NCBI RefSeq assembly: GCF_031769215.1
Contig: NW_026782179.1
Span: 2,294,001 to 2,358,000, forward strand
Direction: 5' to 3'
DNA from: Ylistrum balloti
Taxonomy: Eukaryota
Length of the DNA stretch: 64,000 nt
The translations under genes were made by a program, and so were the position numbers. The number at the start of each line of letters is the position of its first letter. The first letter of the stretch is position 1. Under the pieces are notes generated by a model that saw only the letters and a program-made list of their open reading frames with translations, searched no databases and was not told the origin of the DNA. This document shows, piece by piece, positions 51,401 through 60,400 of the stretch.

Positions 51401-54400
51401 ATGTGATGACCCTAAACAGCTCTGTTCTACCCCAGCCTGAGATAAGACACTGTATGTAGGCTCTGTGTTGTTCAAAGTGGTGACCCTAAATAGCTCTGTT
51501 CTACCCCAGCCTGAGATAAGACACTGTATGTAGGCTCTGTGTTGTACAAAGTGATGACCCTAAATAGCTCTGTTCTATCCCAGCTTGAGATAAGACACTA
51601 CATGCATGTTTTACGATGTACAATGTGATGACCCTAAACAGCTCTGTTCTACCCCAGCCTGAGATAAGACACTGTATGTAGGCTCTGTGTTGTTCAAAGT
51701 GGTGACCCTACCTAGCTCTGTTGTGCCCCAGCCTGAGATAAGACAACTCTTGCCAGTTGTATAAGCTGTGTTGCTAGTTGGAAGACAGGCAGGTTGGATG
51801 TAGTTATTGAAAACAAATCCATGACCATTCTTCTGTTTCACCTTCAGAAGAGCAATGTCATAGTTGTATGTGACATCTGAAATAAGAAGAGGACTTTAAA
51901 AGATTTTTGCTACATGAAATAATTACAGAATACACCCTTCCAACTTTAACATGCAAATTAGTGCAAAATTTATTAAAATGTCCCAGAAATTCCATGAAAG
52001 TATCATTTTAAATGGGAATGCATATAGTAGTGACAGATTTTCATCAGTTCATTCCTACATTTAAACTTGATTTGCTTTATTTGTGCAGTATCAGTCCACA
52101 ACATTTTTCTAGTAAATTCCAGGGTTTCTTTCCTACAACTTACCATTATAAGATTCATGCAGGAGCAAAGTTTCTATTTCAAATTCTTCCTCGTGGTCAT
52201 CTGGTGACTTGTTGTTTAGGTCACCTACCCTCAGTAGAAAGTCAGACTTGGTTTTGCTGTAGTACGGATCATACATATTGTAACTTACATAATATTCACA
52301 TAAAATGGATCTTTGATGAGTTTCATTTCATATATATATTTGAGAAAAGAGTCTTAAAATTCTTCCTTTTACCAAGCCTCAAGTAAGGATCTCTTCATCC
52401 CATACTTTTACAAACATTTGGAACATCACTTTAAAGACCAATGCAAAATCAATATAGGCGATATTGTGTTGTCATAATGTATTTGAAGCTTTGACGTCAT
52501 ACTGGAAACAAAACTAGGACATATAAGCTTTTGTCATAACAAAAAAATGATTCAATTGGTGTTATTACACAAGGTATGTATGTGAGAAATGTACATGAAA
52601 TACAGTTAGTAACCACTCAGTACTTTTCAATTACTGCAATGATACAATGAAAACAAACGTCACACCAACATCAACTGAAAACTTACCCTTATGGCTGCAT
52701 GTTGTCTGATCATTTTGTTAATTATTGCTTTACACCCTATTAACAGATCAGGTAATTTAAGGACGAACCAGGCTTGGATAGTGAAGGAATGCCAGAGTTT
52801 CCGGAAAAATACCACCGACCTGTGGTCAATTTCTGACAACTTCCCCAAGTTGGCCATGAAAACACAACCCAGGGGTGATGAGTAAGTGATAAAGACAATC
52901 AGACACCTTAACCACTTGACCACTGTAGCCCCACTTAATCTGATCAACTGAAAACTTACCCTCAAGACTATGTGACGTCTGATCAACTGAAACCTTACCC
53001 TCAAGACTGTGTGATGTCTGATGAACTGAAAACTTATCCTCAAGATTGTGTGATGTCTGATCAACTGAAAACTTACTCTCAAGACTGTGTGACGTCTGAT
53101 CAACTGAAAACTTACTCTCAAGACTGTGTGACGTCTGATCAAATGAAAACTTATCCTCAAGACTGTGTGACATCTGATCAACTGAAAACTTACTCTCAAG
53201 ACTGTGTGACGTCTGATGAACTGAAAACTTACTCTCAAGACTGTGTGACGTCTGATGAACTGAAAACTTACTTTCAAGACTGTGTAACATCTGATCAAAT
53301 GAAAACTTATCTTCAAGACTGTGTGACATCTGATGAACTGAAAACTTACTCTCAAGACTATGTGACGTCTGATGAACTGAAAACTTACTCTCAAGACTGT
53401 GTGACGTCTGATGAACTGAAAACTTACTTTCAAGACTGTGTAACATCTGATCACCTGAAAACTTACTCTCAAGACTATGTGGCGTCTGATCAAATGAACA
53501 CTTACTCTCAAGGCTGTATGTAGTCTGATTAACTGAAAACTTTTCCTCAAAGCTGTTTGTAATGTGATCAAATTACAACTACCCTCAAAGCTGTGGAACA
53601 TAAAATCAATTTACAATGTACAAACAAAGCTGTGTGGAAATTGGAAAAGTCTCAGTTTGCAATCATAGCTATATGTATAGTAGAATTAGTTCTCTATTAA
53701 TCTATTGAAGCTGTTAGTACCATTATCACTTCACAACTTACCCATAAAAACAGTGTGCAGCACTGACGACCCAGTACTCACTTACAATGGTTGCCCCACA
53801 CCAATGTTGATGGTACTTGGTGTTGTCCCAGCTGTCCACATAGTTAATTAGCCTAACTCCCACCTGCCAAGGAAACATGCCATACTCAGCATTGTTTCCA
53901 CCAATAATCTTTTCTACACGTGGTGGCTCCCCTAAAACTTTCACTGTGTCATCATCAGTTTCTCGTTTCTTGCGAGCATTGATAATGTCCTCTAATGGGC
54001 GCTTACCACAACCTGAACAAAAAAAATGAAGTTTTACTTTTTTTAATATCTACTACTGGATCAGAGTCAACTACACAATTACTTGAAATAATAAGGTCTG
54101 GTCCACAAAAAAATACACAACAGAAAATTAAGAAGTAAAAAATAACCAGTTAACAGGTATAATGAAGAAAACATCTCATCTAATATATCTGATAATAAAA
54201 AAAGGGAAAGTTGGAGGAAGAATACTTGTAAGCATTCAAGAAGGAAATATTTGCTCTAAGAAGAAAAGGTTCTCAACCTATGATCATATCATGATATGTT
54301 ACACATGTTACCTGGAAAGATGTAGCTATCCACGGTGTCTCCATCACTGTCATCATCATCATCATCTCCATCTGGATTGGGTTTTGGTTCCGTGACACAT

Positions 54401-57400
54401 CTAACTCCTGCATCCTCATGGTGACCGCAATCATGGGAATTGCTATGAGTACAGCTCAAGATAGAAGTCTCTGTGCCATCACATCTCACTTCATCAAGCA
54501 GGATGGGGATATCACTGGCACCCCGCCCAAAATGGGCCTGTCCTAAAGCGACACCGCCACTGTCAATATGAACATTATTATACTGAGTTTTTTAATGAAA
54601 CAAGAGTTTCAGGACATGAATAACTCACCTGTTCTGCAGCTTTAAAAAGACGACTTTCTTATTTGTTAAATTTCTGCAAACTTGAGAGCCCATACCCCAA
54701 GCATGCTAATAAAAAATAGCATAATTTATGACCACGAACATTTGAAAAGAAGAACAAGACGTTTCAAATAAGTTTTATCTTTTCACCTTAAAATGGGTCA
54801 AGGATATCCGAACTAACTTGGTAGTCAATCATCTCAGCATGCTACAAGCCCAATGTCAGTGCCTTTGACCTTTGAGAAGAAGACTGTAGAATTTGATATT
54901 TGTTATCTTGAAAAAAAAGAGTCAAAAGTCCGCTTAAATTCTTCAAACAACTTATTCTCATAACCAAAAGACTCTATAGTCCTTCATCCTAGCGTGCTAC
55001 AGGTCTAATATCAGTACATTGAGCCTTTTGGTTATGAGAATAAGTTGTTTGAAGAATTTAACAGATTTTACCCGTGAGACTTTTAAAAAAAATGTCAAGG
55101 TCATTCATTTGAAAAAGTCTGTTTGCCATTCATCCCACCATGCTACAGGTCCAATACCAGTACCCTGTGTCTTTTGGCTAGTGAGAAGATCTAAAAAGGG
55201 AAAAGTTGATGCTGGATGTTAAAGGGGTAAACAGCAAACATCTTGCCAGAGTACAAGTTTACTTGTCCTTCTGGCTGGCATCTGAAAACAAATCACATGT
55301 ATGCACTGAATAACCTAATCAAAGCTAAAATATTGATTAGTTGCTTTCATAGTGAGGCATTTTACAATAACTGTCTTTAGTAACAAGGTTTACCTGTACT
55401 AGTCTGTATTAACCACATCTGTCTCCAGTCACAAGGTTTACCTGTACTAGTCTGTATTAACCACATGTGTCTCCAGTCACAAGGTTATACCTGTATTAGT
55501 CTGTATTAACCACACCTGTCTCCAGTCACAAGGTTTACCTGTACTAGTCTGTATTAACCACACCTGTCTCCAATCACAAGGTTTACTTGTACTAGTCTGT
55601 ATTAACCACACCTGTCTCCAATCACAAGGTTTACCTGTACTAGTCTGTATGAATCACACCTGTCTCCAGTCACAAGGTTTACCTGTACTAGTCTGTATGA
55701 ATCACACCTGTCTCCAATCACAAGGTTTACCTATACTAGTCTGTATTAACCGCACCTGTCTCCAGTCACAAGGTTTACCTGTACTAGTCTGTATGAACCA
55801 CACGTGTCTCCAGTCACAAGGTTTACCTGTACTAGTCTGTATTAACCACACCTGTCTCCAGTCACAAGGTTTACCTGTACTAGTCTGTATTAACCACACC
55901 TGTCTCCAGTCACAAGGTTTACCTGTACTAGTCTGTATTAACCACACCTGTCTCCAGTCACAAGGTTTACCTGTACTAGTCTGTATTAACCACACCTGTC
56001 TCCAGTCACAAGGTTTACCTGTACTAGTCTGTATTAACCACACCTGTCTCCAGTCACAAGGTTTACCTGTACTAGTCTGTATTAACCACACCTGTCTCCA
56101 GTCACAAGGTTTACCTGTACTAGTCTGTATTAACCACATGTGTCTCCAGTCACAAGGTTATACCTGTACTAGTCTGTATTAACCACACCTGTCTCCAGTC
56201 ACAAGGTTTACCTGTACTAGTCTGTATTAACCACACCTGTCTCCAGTCACAAGGTTTACCTGTACTAGTCTGTATGAACCATATGTGTCTCCAATCACAA
56301 GGTTTACCTGTACTAGTCTGTATTAACCACACCTGTCTCCAGTCACAAGGTTTACCTGTACTAGTCTGTATTAACCACACCTGTCTCCAGTCACAAGGTT
56401 TACCTGTACTAGTCTGTATTAACCACACCTGTCCTTCCTCCAATATCTAGGTTTTCTTGTACATAGGTACCAGTTTGTATCTGTCTTCAGTCTAATGGTT
56501 TACTTATACTGCTTTGCATTTACAACACCTATCTTTAGTCACAATTTTTACCGGCACTATGTTGTGTTTACAACACCTGTGTCATGTCACAAGCTTTACC
56601 TGCACTATGTTGTGTTTACAACACCTGTGTCATGTCACAAGCTTTACCTGCACTAGTCTTTCCCACACATGTATATAGTCACAAGCTTTACCTGCACTAG
56701 TCTTTACCACACAGGTTTATAGTCACAAGCTTTACCTGCACTAGTCTTTCCCACACATGTATATAGTCACAAGCTTTACCTGCACTAGTCTTTACCACAC
56801 AGGTTTATAGTCACAAGCTTTACCTGCACTAGTCTTTCCCACACAGGTTTATAGTCACAAGCTTTACCTGCACTAGTCTTTCCCACACATGTATATAGTC
56901 ACAAGCTTTACCTGCACTAGTCTTTCCCACACATGTATATAGTCACAAGCTTTACCTGCACAAGTCTTTACCACACATGTATATAGTCACAAGCTTTACC
57001 TGCACTAGTCTTTCCCACACAGGTTTATAGTCACAAGCTTTACCTGCACTAGTCTTTCCCACACAGGTTTATAGTCACAAGCTTTACCTGCACTAGTCTT
57101 TCCCACACATGTATATAGTCACAAGCTTTACCTGCACTAGTCTTTCCCACACATGTACCGTAAAAACCCACGTAATGTCCGCATCTGTGTAATGTCCGCA
57201 CCCCTTTTTTGACACAAAAATCTGGGGAAAAAACCCACCTTCCATGTAATGTCCGCGGGTAAAAAATGCAAATTGAAGCTGCCGATTTCACACGTACGCT
57301 AATGTCGTAATGGCCGAGAGCATGTCGCATTGTGTATAACTTACAGGTACCATTCAAGAATTCACTTAATTGTTTATAACAACAGTTATTCTCCATAATG

Positions 57401-60400
57401 GTACAGTAAGCTTACCAGTATGACAAGTCCTCACATTGGTGTTTTGATAAGGGTTAGCCCAGTAGCGTTATAAACAGCTTGGGTCGTCTCCTCACCTCGA
57501 GGAGTTCTTCCACAGTGACGACGACGACTTCTGGGGTTTCGAGAAACGCTATTAAACCGGCCTGCTATGTATTAAGACTTTCTGATAAACGATCCATAAT
57601 CAATAAAACGTCTGATTATTTATTTTATGTAATATTCTTGTACATGTTATTTATTGTTATTTTGTAAATAAAATGTAGAATGAAAATGTTGTGTTATTTT
57701 GTATATGCTCATGGGTATGCTTTTTCAATGGGGGAAGGGGAATAACTCTAACTTTACATGTGACAAAGTCAAACAAAATGGCTTCCTATTACGAAGGACG
57801 ACACAATACGAACCTGTAACGAGAAATTGGAAGGAATTAACCATGGAAACTATAATAAATAATCATAAATAATCATGTTTGGTTGAGGAAACATCATAGA
57901 AAAACCATAGAACGATAATATCAGGTATGCTTGGCTTTTAAGAACACAATTCAAGGAGATATGATATGAATTGTCGGAAGGAAAAAAGTGTCATTTCCTC
58001 TATATCTCTGTAATGTCCGCACCCCCTTTTTTGGATTGATTTTCGGTGAAAAAAAGTGCGGACATTACATGGGTTTTTACGGTATATAGTCACAAGCTTT
58101 ACCTGCACTAGTCTTTCCCACACAGGTTTATAGTCACAAGTTTTACCTGCACTAGTCTTTCCCACACATGTATATAGTCACAAGCTTTACCTGCACTAGT
58201 CTTTCCCACACAGGTTTATAGTCACAAGTTTTACCTGCACTAGTCTTTACCACACAGGTTTATAGTCACAAGGTTTACTTGTTTTAGCTTGTGTTTACCA
58301 CTTCTGGCTCCTATAGCAAATTTTTGCCTGTGCTGTTATCTTTACCTATCATAGCCCAACATTCTACACACAACATCGGCATCCTCATCTGACCACCTGT
58401 CATCACAGACTGTCCCTCTTTGTTGACCATCTAATATGACCTCCACACGACCTTCACCGGGAACATTTCCATCCACCAACTCGATATCCACAGCTGCCAT
58501 CAAATAAATATTACATTTATACATTTAAAGCATATCTTTCTAAAATAAGATAGTCACTAAGACAATAATCTGTAAAACAATGCATAACATCCTATGTTCT
58601 CAGATTTCCCACCCCCTCTCCGATGTCCAAACTTTTTCACTTTCACAAAATGTGTCATCTATTACACTGTCAATAAACTGCTATAACATATGAGATTGCT
58701 GCCAATTCAGATAAAAACAAACACAAATATATGTTAACGCTCTAAAGAATCTCATCACACAAACCTACCACAGTTGTATCGAACAGTTAGGTACTTGGTG
58801 GTATCTTCACAGGGGTCGACCAAATCAGAGAACATCCTTTGTATATCCTGAATGTTACACTTCTGTTGACCATTACAGATGTAATGTATTATGTCAAATA
58901 CGCCAGCCACGTTACAGCGTCTCCTTCTCATGCTCTCACTGGGACATGTCTGTCGATCTTTTCGGCCATAGGTGGCATCCACAATCTCCAGCCCCCCAGC
59001 ACAGCTTAGTGTCACAGCATCATCAACACATACTACCTGTGTGTGATGTGCTGTATTGAAAAAAGATGAAGCAGCTTTAGTCCTGATTCACAAAAAATCC
59101 CGTGTTGCTCATACCTATCAAATTAGTTGTCAGCATAATGTCACGTCATCTTTTACAGATATAGAAACAATCTACCAGATCAATCCTAATTCGTCAAAAA
59201 TTAATCTGAATTGTGCCAAATAAAAAATGAACCCATTCATAATTTTTACTTGTAAAATGGTAGTCTAGATTTACTGATATCCTAACTTTAAAGACAGTTC
59301 CTGTTTCATACTTACTTTACTACAAGAACATTTACTAATTTCATTCTGACTACAAGTACTGCAAGAAGTCAGTCGACACTTCTATTTCAATGGATGACCT
59401 CAAATCTGACCTTTACATAACAGTATCAAATGTAAACACAAGAAAAAAAATCATAAGAACACATGCCAAGAGAATCCTTTTTATACAATCACTCAAACTT
59501 TTTCTCTTATATATCTAATGCACAAATTTGCGAATGCAAGTTAACAATTAGCTTCAGTTTTCATATCATGTCTCCCTACCATATTTGGCTGAACACACAA
59601 GGAAGAGATAAAACTATAGATTATAATCATTCTGAGTAACATGCAAAGTGCCTAAGTTAGACTTGAGACATCTTACCAGTGGATGGATCAATCTCAGACG
59701 TACAAGACACTGCCACATAGCTGGATGGTGGGCAGTCATCAGCATCCAGATTCTCCTCAAGGCTACAGTTGGTCAGTACTGTACTGGTTGGGGGACAGGA
59801 CACAGTGTAGGGCCATGCTCTGGTCAGACTGGATGTTGGAGTATTGGTCATCAGTACTCCCCTCCTGCCAGGCACATGTTTTATGTTAGATTGTGTCATT
59901 ATATAAACATTTTACCATGCTACTGGAGAGAACATACATGATTATATCATGAGAACATCTACTGTTATAAAACCTACCTGAAGCCTAAGGATTTACACAC
60001 AAGTGAAGCCTGTTCATCACTGTAGCGAGACTGGTAGTTACATAAACCACCCGCAACACCACCACTGACCAACTGGACCACTCCTTCATTCTCATTGGCT
60101 CCACCCAATAGGCCGATGGCAATATCTGATTGTTTTAACATAAAGAAATTGACATTTTTTATCTATCAAATTGCTACTTAAATGAAAAAAAGAAAACAAT
60201 CAATATGGGATATTTCTGTCATCCTTCTTTGTATCCATGGGAACCAATTTTTCATCATACCCCGGCACTTTGTATCCATGGGAACCAATTTCTGTCATCA
60301 TACTTTGTATCCATGGGAACCAATTTTTGTCATCATACTTTGTATCCATGGGAACCAATCAAAAGGTATAGACATGTAAAGTAATGTAACCCAATACTGC

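Noticed and set aside
52660-53601. 313-, 206- and 183-aa repetitive ORFs
   Set aside because: By-products of the 39-bp (3n) satellite plus a SINE; the protease gene splices across them.
55263-55281. 19-nt micro-exon candidate (TTTTCAG|ATGCC...GACAA|GTAAAC)
   Set aside because: Not a multiple of three; inclusion would frameshift SRCR4.
55649-56443. Repetitive Cys/Trp ORFs (177, 145, 97 aa)
   Set aside because: Translation of the 48-bp (3n) satellite.
57049-58165. ORFs within the transposon as a candidate transposase
   Set aside because: Short, partly satellite-derived, and lacking HTH or DDE/DDD motifs; the element is non-autonomous.
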